Shown: positions 1 to 8,236 of the stretch, one piece after another | Position numbering within the stretch: the stretch's first letter is position 1 | Layout: each line of letters begins with the position of its first letter | Source: an uncultured delta proteobacterium | Lineage (GTDB): Bacteria > Desulfobacterota > RBG-13-43-22 | DNA length: 64,000 nt | Reading direction: 5' to 3' | Assembly (NCBI GenBank): GCA_963843145.1 | Contig: CAWJJC010000020.1 | Span: 160,001 to 224,000, forward strand | Program-made: the position numbers and the translations under genes | Notes under the pieces: model-generated | What the model saw: the letters and a program-made list of their open reading frames with translations, nothing else | What the model was told of the DNA's origin: nothing | The model's database searches: none

Positions 1-1
1 C

Positions 2-2063
2 ATGCAGAAGAAGGAAATTCTTGCCCCCTTGAATAGCTTAAAAGAGGAGATTGCCCTATTTTTCCTAATAGCCTTGGTCGTGGGCGTAGGGGTCGGGATC
101 TGGGTAATAAGAATAATTATCAAACCCATCAAGGCCTTTTCTAACAGCATTAAACAGTATCAGGGGGGGGTCTGGGAAGAACCCGCCGGTCTGATTTCAC
201 GCCGGGATGAACTGGGTGATCTCGGCAAAAGTTTTCAAAGCATGGCCTCCCTGCTCGGCGAGACCTTAAGTTCCCTAACTGAGTCAGAGACGAAATACCG
301 GGCACTGGTCCAGGGGTCCACGGTGGGGGTATTTTTGATCCAGGGTGGGCGATTCGTTTTTGTCAATCCCCGCTTTGCCGAGATCTTTGGTTATCGCCCG
401 GAGGAGTTGGACCCCTCATTTCGATCCCCTGGAGCTGGTTGCCCCTCTGGAACGTGATCGGGTCCTCAAGATTATGACCCAACCCATACCGGAAAATCAG
501 CACCTGGTCCACTTTTTCTGGCAGGGCCTTCGAAAGGATGGCTCTCTGATAGAAGTGGAAGTCCTGGGAACTCCTTTATCCTATCAAGGGAAACCAGCCA
601 TACACGGCACCCTGGTAGACATCTCCGATCGCAAGCTTATGGAAAGTAAACTAGCGCGAATCAATCGGGTGCGGGAGGAATTGATTACTTCTAAAACCAA
701 GGGGGAAAAGCTCAAAATAATCACCGAGGGCCTGGTTCAAATATTTGAGGCGGATTTTGCCCGAATCTGGACCGTTAAACCTGGGGATCGATGCTCTGAG
801 TGTCTGCACGCCCAGGTGAAGGAAGGTCCCCCCGTTTGCCGAGAGAAGGAACAATGTCTTCACCTGCTGGCCAGTTCCGGGCGTTACACGCACACCGACG
901 GTGAGGTTCATGGCCGGGTGCCTTTCGGACAATACATGATAGGACTTATAGCGTCAGGGAACATTCCCAAGTTTTTGACCAACGACGTACTCCATGAACC
1001 CCTTATTGAAAATCACGACTGGGCCAAAGAGCTGGGTCTGATTTCCTGCGCGGGATACCGGCTCCTGTCTAACGAGGGGGGATCGATCGGGGTATTGGCC
1101 CTTTTCAGCCGGCACATTATTTCGCCCTACGATGACATTCTGTTGGAAGGTCTGGCCAACAGTACCGCTCAGGTTATCCAGACCGCCAGGATAGAAGAGA
1201 AACTTAGAGAGGGTGAAGAGCGCTATCGGACGGCCATTGAACAATCCAATGACGGTGTTGCCCTGGTTAAAGAGGACCGGCACCTCTTTGTCAATCAAAG
1301 GCTGGTCGAAATTTTTGGTTATGACCGTCCGGAAGAAATCATCGGCCAACCGGTTGGTATGGTGGTCCATCCGGATGACCGCGAGCGGGTAATGGATATA
1401 ACCCGTCGAAGGCAAAAAGGGGAAGCGCTGCCTCAAAAATATGAATTTATAGGCCAACGGAAAAACGGTGAACCCATCCCTATTGAAGTCTCCGCCGCCA
1501 GGACGACTTATCAGGGAGCGCCCGTTGCCCTGGTCTATCTAAGGGATATCACTGACCGTAAGCAGGCCGAGGAGCTTCTCAGGGCCTTATCGATTAAAGA
1601 TGAGCTCACCGGCCTCTATAACCGCCGGGGGTTTCTTACCCTGGCCGAACAGGAGTTGAAAAGGGCCCAACGGAAGGGAACAGAGGTGCTGCTCATTTTT
1701 GGAGATTTGGACAATATGAAGGGAATTAATGATACCTTGGGCCATAAAGAAGGTGACCAGGCCTTGAAGGATATCTCACGGATCCTGATAGAAACCTTTC
1801 GGGAATCGGACATCATTGCCCGCTTGGGGGGGGATGAATTTGTCGTTTTGGCGATGAACGGCTTTGAGACCTCAGCCGAAATAATGATCAGCCGCTTCAA
1901 GAAAGTCCTGGATGACCATAATCGCCAAACCAAGAACTCCTATACCCTCTCCATGAGCCTGGGTCTGGCCTTTTTTGATCCCCAAAATCCTTGTTCCATC
2001 GAAGTCCTGCTGGCCGAGGCGGACAAGTTGATGTATGAGAACAAGCAAAAAAAGGGGCGATAG
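2..2063 (+). CDS. Diguanylate cyclase (TM-HAMP-PAS-GAF-PAS-GGDEF), 5'-truncated by the window edge, with an apparent +1 frameshift near 410
   Basis: ORF 2..457 gives TM, HAMP (RRDELGDLGKSFQSM) and the start of a PAS domain. ORF 345..2063 continues the same PAS (HFDPLELVAPLERDRV) and adds GAF, PAS, DELTGLYNRR, an RESD I-site and RLGGDEF. Confidence 0.9.
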
Positions 2064-2113
2064 TTTCCGCATTATTGACCTGATGGTGAGAACCTCGACT
2101 GGAGATTTGAGAA

Positions 2114-2389
2114 ATGAACGATAACAGTAAGCCCAAAGACCAACTGATCCAGGAGTTGGAAAATCTTCGCCGGCGGATTTGTATCGCGGCGATGACCTGG
2201 CGGTCATCGAGAGCGGCTGCTCCAAATTTCTAATCGAGGACCCGGCCGACGATAAAATGCCTGTTCCTGTCCGGCTACACCGCCGAGGTGATCACTCACC
2301 GGGGCATGCTGGACGAGGGTCTACAGTTCATCCCCAAGCCCTTCTCGATGAGCGACCTGGCGGTTAAAGTCAGAAAAGTGCTGGGATAA
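2114..2389 (+). pseudogene. Collapsed remnant of a hybrid sensor kinase: N-terminal helix plus the C-terminal end of a receiver domain
   Basis: ATG 2114 reads MNDNSKPKDQLIQELENLRRRI (typical deltaproteobacterial PAS-sensor N-terminus) and then stops. Further on the sequence reads IKCLFLSGYTAEVITHRGMLDEGLQFIPKPFSMSDLAVKVRKVLG* (CckA-type REC C-terminus), ending at TAA 2387-2389. Confidence 0.7.
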
Positions 2390-2393
2390 AGAA

Positions 2394-4265
2394 TTAAATT
2401 AGAATCTTCGGATTGACCTTTTCCGACTTCCCCTTTTCCCAGGCCTTAGTAAACCGCTCTCGCTGTCCTTCAAAATACTCGCGGTTATCGGGGTCGCCCG
2501 CCAGGATTTTTTCCACAATCCCCAATGACAGGTCCGGCCGGCCGTTGGCCAGGTAGGCCTCGGCCAGGGTGTCCCAAATCGTGGGGTCGGGCTTCAGGGC
2601 CGCGGCCGCCTGGGCCAGGACCAGGGCCTTCTCGGGCTTAAAATACTTGGGATCCCGGCTGGTGGCGTACATCCAGGCCAGGTTATTCAGCACCAGGGGA
2701 TTCCGGGGCTCTTTTTTTAAGACTTTTTCGTAGGCCGCTTCGGCCTCGCCATAGCGCTTCTGCTCTTGGTAAATGAGGCCCAAGCCCGACAGGATCCGGG
2801 GGTCTTCCGGCCGGACCCGCAATTCCCTGGTCAGCAGCTTTTCCAGGATTTGGACCTCCCCCTGTCCCCCGGAAGTAAAAAGGCCGGGGGAGCGCCAGAC
2901 AGAGGCCCCCAAGCCGATCAGCAAGACCAGGTAGATCCCCACGGACCAATAGACTTTCTTCTGGTGCCGCGCGATGATTTGGGGCTCCCGGCTGCTTTTT
3001 TCCAGGAAATCCACCCGTTGCGCGATGCTGTAATGATGCCAACTGGGCAGATGACGGTCCTGGCCGGAGTACAACCCGATTTTTTCCAGGGAACCGACTA
3101 GGGGGTCGGGAGACCCTAAAAGCTGCAGCGCGTACAGGTCGGCCTGACGCTCGAAATTGCGCATAAAATAGCCGAAAAGAAAGCGGAAATAAAGGACCAG
3201 GAAAATGGCCAGGGGGATCATGGACAGCAGGGAAAAAAGTCCCTCGAAATGGGATTGCCAGTGCGTAAGCAGCTTCAGGATCTCCGGCTGGGTCAACAGG
3301 TGCTGGCTGACCCACTGATAAAAAAGCAGGGCCAGCAGGGCATAGCCTCCGAAAAAAAGGAGATAAAAAAACATATGCTGCTTGCGAATGTGGCCGATCT
3401 CGTGGGCCACCACCCCTTTCAGTTCTTCCGGAGTAAGCAGTTGGAGCAGAGACGGGGTAATCAGGAGGTAGCGAAACCTTTTGATTAAGCCCATGACCCC
3501 GGCGGTCAACATCTGACCTTCAAACACCCGCCAGAGCAGTATCTCCTGAAAGGGGGCACCCAGTTCCCGGCAGAAACGGCTGATTTCTTCTTTCTTAGGA
3601 CTCTCGGGAATAGGCCGGCACTGCCACCAGACCTTGATCAGATAGGGCAAAAATATAGACATCAGCAACAAAAAAACCAGAATATAGGAAATCTCGCCCA
3701 GCGGATGGTCCAGGAAGGTCCTGACTTTGGCCCCGCCGAACTTCTCCAGCACATCCGTCAGCGCGGTGATCAGGATCCAGGGAAAAAGGATGGGCAAATT
3801 AAACTCGAACTGGGACCAGACATAGGCGCCCTGACCCTGGGCGACATGAAAAAGCGTCCGGTAAGCCGGGAAGCCGTAATACCAGATCAGGGATAGGTGG
3901 CCCAGATAGACGGAAATCCCCAGCACTCCCTCCCAGAAGGAATACTGACGGGCCCCGGGAACCAACAGGATCAGGGATTTCAGGTTTAAAAAATAAACTT
4001 CCGTGCCGAAAAACAGCAGGGACAAAATCATGAACTGCTGCTGGGCCCGCTGGTAACGAATTTGAATCAGGGAAGGGTCGACCGCTTCACCTTGGGCCAG
4101 ACGCCCCAATTGTCTGAAACGACGGTGTACTTCAAAACCAAAGAACGCCCCCAGCAGGAGGATCCCCAAAGTGGACATCCACAATCCGGGGATCGTCAGC
4201 CGATCGGCTGTCCCCGTGTGAAAGATGAACAGGGCCAGCATGAAGTAGATAATATTAAGGAACAT
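2394..4265 (-). CDS. M48 (Ste24/HtpX-like) membrane zinc metalloprotease with C-terminal TPR repeats
   Basis: Multiple TM segments, HExxH (AHEIGH), ERQAD, HYSIAQR; C-terminal TPRs (LNNLAW, DTLAEAY). Confidence 0.88.
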   Translation of the reverse strand: MFLNIIYFMLALFIFHTGTADRLTIPGLWMSTLGILLLGAFFGFEVHRRFRQLGRLAQGEAVDPSLIQIRYQRAQQQFMILSLLFFGTEVYFLNLKSLILLVPGARQYSFWEGVLGISVYLGHLSLIWYYGFPAYRTLFHVAQGQGAYVWSQFEFNLPILFPWILITALTDVLEKFGGAKVRTFLDHPLGEISYILVFLLLMSIFLPYLIKVWWQCRPIPESPKKEEISRFCRELGAPFQEILLWRVFEGQMLTAGVMGLIKRFRYLLITPSLLQLLTPEELKGVVAHEIGHIRKQHMFFYLLFFGGYALLALLFYQWVSQHLLTQPEILKLLTHWQSHFEGLFSLLSMIPLAIFLVLYFRFLFGYFMRNFERQADLYALQLLGSPDPLVGSLEKIGLYSGQDRHLPSWHHYSIAQRVDFLEKSSREPQIIARHQKKVYWSVGIYLVLLIGLGASVWRSPGLFTSGGQGEVQILEKLLTRELRVRPEDPRILSGLGLIYQEQKRYGEAEAAYEKVLKKEPRNPLVLNNLAWMYATSRDPKYFKPEKALVLAQAAAALKPDPTIWDTLAEAYLANGRPDLSLGIVEKILAGDPDNREYFEGQRERFTKAWEKGKSEKVNPKILI

Positions 4266-4303
4266 GGGCTAATCTCTTCCGTAAATATTTCAAATATTTT
4301 TGG

Positions 4304-4729
4304 CTAGATACTATGCCACATATAAATCAATAAAAAGAGGCCTATCGAGGTAATGGACAAGGTCAAGAGGATATCCAAAATTAAAGAGGGATGGTAGGTG
4401 TCGTCATCGATCTGCCTTTCGGTGTGCTTGTAGCGGATAAAAGCCAGGACCCCCATCAAGGCTCCCAGGGCAATCAACATCAGACCCAAAATGGAAGAAT
4501 ATCCCGGGGAGACCGCTAGCGGATGAGGGGATTTTGCACCATCCGAAGAGGCCTGTCCTAAAAAATAACCCATCTGCCTCACAAATAGTCCGAATTTTTC
4601 CACCACGAACCCGAAGGCCATAATGCCAATGCCGGTTCGAATCCAGGCCAGAAAGGTTCGTTCGTTGGCCATGTGAACACGCCGGTTTTGAACCCGAACT
4701 TGTTTTAGTTCGATATTTTTTTTAGTCAT
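4304..4729 (-). CDS. DUF202/YidH-family membrane protein
   Basis: HMANERTFLAWIRT signature and three TM segments. Confidence 0.88.
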   Translation of the reverse strand: MTKKNIELKQVRVQNRRVHMANERTFLAWIRTGIGIMAFGFVVEKFGLFVRQMGYFLGQASSDGAKSPHPLAVSPGYSSILGLMLIALGALMGVLAFIRYKHTERQIDDDTYHPSLILDILLTLSITSIGLFLLIYMWHSI

Positions 4730-4753
4730 CCCTTCTTTCTTCCTACTACTTCG

Positions 4754-4800
4754 ATTTTCGTATTAACCCTCATGCCCCGCGGCGGGGCACCCGCGAAGCA
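4754..4800. repeat. Dispersed short repeat, family A (ATTTTCGTATTAA...GGGCACCC..GAAGCA)
   Basis: Closely similar to 22400-22451; related copies at 22497-22560 and, inverted, at ~22260-22310. Confidence 0.7.
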
Positions 4801-4828
4801 GGTAACTAATGCTTGACCATTTAAAGAA

Positions 4829-4963
4829 CCGTCATTCCGGACAAGCGAAGCGCGATCCGGAATCCAGGCCTCAGTTAAGCCTCACAGGACCTGGATGCCC
4901 CCGGCTTACTACCTGCCGGGGCAGGCTTATCGGGTCCGGCATGACGGCAAAAAACTGAGGCCT
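4829..4963. repeat. REP/RPE-like palindromic element
   Basis: Terminal arms CCGTCATTCCGGAC (4829) / GTCCGGCATGACGG (to 4947) match 13/14; inner ATCCAGG/CCTGGAT; internal CCTGCCGGGGCAGG hairpin; AGGCCTCAGTT/AACTGAGGCCT pair. Confidence 0.7.
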
Positions 4964-5010
4964 AAAAAGCAGTGATAGATTCTTATTTACATACAAACCC
5001 CCCAGGCGAA

Positions 5011-7557
5011 TCACTGCTGCCAGAGAATATGAGCGGCCTCCAGGGGAACCGCCACCCCCGGATAGTGGGGTATCAGGCGGGCCGTATAGTCCGTGGCCGG
5101 GCGGTCCGCAGGGACCGCGGCCCGGTAAACATAGCCGCCCGCCGCGCCCGTCAGCGGACGAAGGCGCTTCATCTTCTGCCGCACCGGGCCGTCGTGGTTG
5201 GCGTCTTGGGCATAGAGCTCGACCTCTATGACCTGCGGATCGAGGTCATCGAGATATATTTGAATGTCAAAAACGTGCTGCTCCCCGCTGGATTCCACTT
5301 TCACCTCCCCAAAGCGCAGCGAGACCCAATGCTGTTTTAGGGCCTGCTGCCACTCGACCACCTGCCGGCCCACTGCGCCCTGATCGGCAGCACGTTCACG
5401 AAAGGCGGCCGCGGCCGGAAGATAGTGTTGCTCGGTATATTCGCGCACTGTGCGGTTGGCGGAGAATCGGGGCGTCAACTGCGCCATGCTCTCTCGGACC
5501 CGGGCCACCCAGGCCGTGGGGATACCGTTCTCATCGCGGGCATAATATTCGGGGATGACCTCCTGTTCGAGCAGATCGTAAAGGGTCTCGGCTTCGGCCG
5601 CATCCCAGATCGGATCGCCGTCATGCTCCCGGCCATCCCCCAAGGCCCACCCCACTTCCGGTCGGTAGGCCTCCGCCCACCAGCCATCGAGCTCGGAAAG
5701 ATTGAGGCCGCCATTGACGAGCACCTTCATGCCGCTGGTCCCGCAGGCTTCCCACGGTCGCCTGGGGGTATTGATCCAGACATCCACCCCCTGTACCAAT
5801 TGCCCGGTCATTAGCATGTCGTAGTCGCTCAGAAAGATCACCTGGTTATGGACCTTGTCCCTCCGGATGAATTGCATCCACTCCTGAATCATGTCTTGCC
5901 CGATCCGGTCGGCCGGATGGGCCTTGCCGGCCAGAATCAGTTGCACAGGGCGCCGGGAATCGGTCAGGATACGCCGGAGCCTCTCCGGATCGTGCAGCAG
6001 CAGGTTGGGCCGCTTGTAGGAAGCAAAGCGCCGGGCGAAGCCCAGGGTCAAGGCGTTGGGATCAAAAAGACGTTTCGCCCCTTCCACCTCCTCGGGTGAG
6101 GCGCCCGCGGCCTCCAGTTGCCGGGATAGTCGCTCCCGGACATATTCAATCAGGGACTGGCGGGCGGAGGCCCGGCATTCCCAGAGTCGGGTATCGGGCA
6201 GACCGCGCATGTCTTCCTCCAGGTTCTCCAAGGTTCCCAGCCAGCGGTTTTTTCCGCAAGAGCCTGTCCAGAGGGCATCGGTCTCTTCCGAATCCCAACT
6301 GGACATATGCACCCCGTTGGTCACGTATCCCACCGGCACTTCGTCCTCCGGCCAGCGCGGGAAGAGCCCTTGAAACAAGCGCCGACTCACCTGCCCGTGC
6401 AAGCGGCTGACCCCATTGGCCGCCCCGCTTCCTCGCAAGGCCAGGTAAGCCATATTGAATGGTTCCGAAGAATCGCTCGGGTTTCGACGGCCCAGGGCCA
6501 GTAGCTCGTGCAGCGAGATGCCCAGTTTATTTTGAGCGTACCAGCCGAGATAGCGTTCCATCAGGTCCGGAGGAAAATAGTCAAAACCGGCGCTAACCGG
6601 CGTATGGCTGGTAAAAAGGTTTCCCGCCCGGGTGACGGCCAAGGCGACTTCGAAAGGTTGCCCGGTCTCTTCCATAAAGGCTCGCGCCCGTTCCAACACG
6701 GCGAAGGCCGCATGCCCTTCGTTTAAATGGCAGACTTCGGGCCTGAGGCCGAGGGCGTCCAGCAGACGCCATCCGCCGATGCCCAGGACCAGCTCTTGAT
6801 TGAGGCGCAACTCCGGGCCGCCTCCGTACAATTCACTGGTAATCCCCCGTCGGGACGGAAAGTTGGCCGGATCGTTGCTGTCAAGCAAATACAGCTTCAC
6901 CCGCCCCACCTGGACCTCCCAGGCCCGCAGCCAGACCGAGTAACCGGGCAAGGTCAGCTCCAGCCGCAGCCACTCCCCGTCCGGTTCGCGCAGGGGCCTG
7001 ATCGGCAACTGGCCGGGGTCGTTGTAGGGAAAGAGGGCCTGCTGGGCTCCATCCCGGTCGATGACCTGACGGAAATAGCCCTGCTGGTAAAGGAGTCCCA
7101 CGCCGAACACCGGCACACCTAAATCACTGGCGGTTTTGAGTTGATCGCCGGCCACGTTGCCCAGCCCTCCCGAATAGATGGGCAGCGCTTCGCTCAACAT
7201 GAACTCTAAACTGAAATAAGCGACACCCGTCAACGGGGCGGGCGAATGGTTTTGTTGAAACCAGGCGGGAGAATCCTCCCGGCGGCGCTTGTCTCGTAAG
7301 AGTTCATCCACCTTTTTACGGAAAACGGGTTCCGCCAAGGCCCGATGGAGCTGGTCTCGGGAGATCGTTTGCAGGACGACCCAGGGATTATAGGTGAGTT
7401 GCCAGAGCGCGGGATCAAGCTGCCGCCAGACTTCATCGGCCGAGTGATTCCAATACAAATGCAGGTCCAACGCCAACTCAGCCAAAGAATCGAAACCTTC
7501 GACTTCGATAGGAAAAAAAGTGTAAATCGGGCTGCTGACCCTTTGAGCCTTATCCAT
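5011..7557 (-). CDS. glgP: Alpha-glucan (glycogen/maltodextrin) phosphorylase
   Basis: AYFSLEF, YSGGLG, HLNEGH, TNGVH, FARRFASYKR, GKAHP and the PLP motif EACGTSGMK; 848 aa. Confidence 0.95.
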   Translation of the reverse strand: MDKAQRVSSPIYTFFPIEVEGFDSLAELALDLHLYWNHSADEVWRQLDPALWQLTYNPWVVLQTISRDQLHRALAEPVFRKKVDELLRDKRRREDSPAWFQQNHSPAPLTGVAYFSLEFMLSEALPIYSGGLGNVAGDQLKTASDLGVPVFGVGLLYQQGYFRQVIDRDGAQQALFPYNDPGQLPIRPLREPDGEWLRLELTLPGYSVWLRAWEVQVGRVKLYLLDSNDPANFPSRRGITSELYGGGPELRLNQELVLGIGGWRLLDALGLRPEVCHLNEGHAAFAVLERARAFMEETGQPFEVALAVTRAGNLFTSHTPVSAGFDYFPPDLMERYLGWYAQNKLGISLHELLALGRRNPSDSSEPFNMAYLALRGSGAANGVSRLHGQVSRRLFQGLFPRWPEDEVPVGYVTNGVHMSSWDSEETDALWTGSCGKNRWLGTLENLEEDMRGLPDTRLWECRASARQSLIEYVRERLSRQLEAAGASPEEVEGAKRLFDPNALTLGFARRFASYKRPNLLLHDPERLRRILTDSRRPVQLILAGKAHPADRIGQDMIQEWMQFIRRDKVHNQVIFLSDYDMLMTGQLVQGVDVWINTPRRPWEACGTSGMKVLVNGGLNLSELDGWWAEAYRPEVGWALGDGREHDGDPIWDAAEAETLYDLLEQEVIPEYYARDENGIPTAWVARVRESMAQLTPRFSANRTVREYTEQHYLPAAAAFRERAADQGAVGRQVVEWQQALKQHWVSLRFGEVKVESSGEQHVFDIQIYLDDLDPQVIEVELYAQDANHDGPVRQKMKRLRPLTGAAGGYVYRAAVPADRPATDYTARLIPHYPGVAVPLEAAHILWQQ

Positions 7558-7853
7558 AGGTTGTCCTCCTCTCAGGGGCTTGCTCCGGTTTCTCTCAGAA
7601 GGACGATTTCCAATGGTAAAGAGGTGGGGGCTCGGGCAGCGAGCTCCAGGGGGTGCCGGTTCCTTCAGTTGCGGAAGATGCCCGCCTCTTTAACTGAATC
7701 CGAAAGGTCCCTGGTCGTCGGATTCGGTGCCATAACGGTCCGGACTCCGGGTCTCCTTCGTATTAGTCCCCTGGAGCGGATGGGTCCTCAGGGCCGACAG
7801 GATCTGACCCCTAAGCCACCCATCCGTTTCGGGTGGAGCGCTAAAGATTCCGG

Positions 7854-8105
7854 TTAGCCGGCGGTTTTAACGTTGGCTACTAACTGGGCAATCTGAAGCC
7901 CCAAACTGACACATTGCTTGCCTTCCATGCAGGTATCGGCATCGATCGGTTCCAGATAGGTTTTAAGATGATGGGCATCCTTATCCAGCTCCACTGTCCA
8001 GGCCTTCTTGGCCTCATCAAAGTCTACCTTGACCTCGATGCCGCATTCCCCCATTTCAGGATAAAGGGATCTGATTCGATCACACAATTCTTTTTTGTCA
8101 TGCAT
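7854..8105 (-). CDS. Small hypothetical protein (83 aa, 4 Cys)
   Basis: Strong RBS (AAGGAGG), its own sigma70-like promoter and protein-like composition; no family recognised. Confidence 0.7.
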   Translation of the reverse strand: MHDKKELCDRIRSLYPEMGECGIEVKVDFDEAKKAWTVELDKDAHHLKTYLEPIDADTCMEGKQCVSLGLQIAQLVANVKTAG

Positions 8106-8139
8106 GGCATACCCCTCCTTGGTGTTGTTTTAAGATACC

Positions 8140-8168
8140 AGTCTAAGGAAAATCGCGCTATTTTGCAA
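8140..8168 (-). promoter_or_regulatory. Putative sigma70 promoter for the 83-aa gene (possibly also glgP)
   Basis: Minus strand TTGCAA-17 bp-TAGACT. Confidence 0.45.
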
Positions 8169-8236
8169 CCTCCGTTTCTCAGTCGGAATACGGGCCTGCG
8201 TTAAATCAAATTAGCGAGTTAGGCCCGGATTCAAAT

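Noticed and set aside
7572-7733. Minus-strand frame MAPNPTTRDLSDSVKEAGIFRN*RNRHPLELAAR... with an in-frame TGA upstream of glgP (selenoprotein, cNMP-domain remnant or leader peptide?)
   Set aside because: No Sec-type context or recognisable SECIS, and the cNMP-domain resemblance is too weak to support.
7770-7840. Hairpin CGGATGGGT...ACCCATCCG upstream of glgP as a riboswitch or ncRNA
   Set aside because: No known riboswitch consensus recognised; it may be a degenerate repeat or terminator. An Rfam search is needed.
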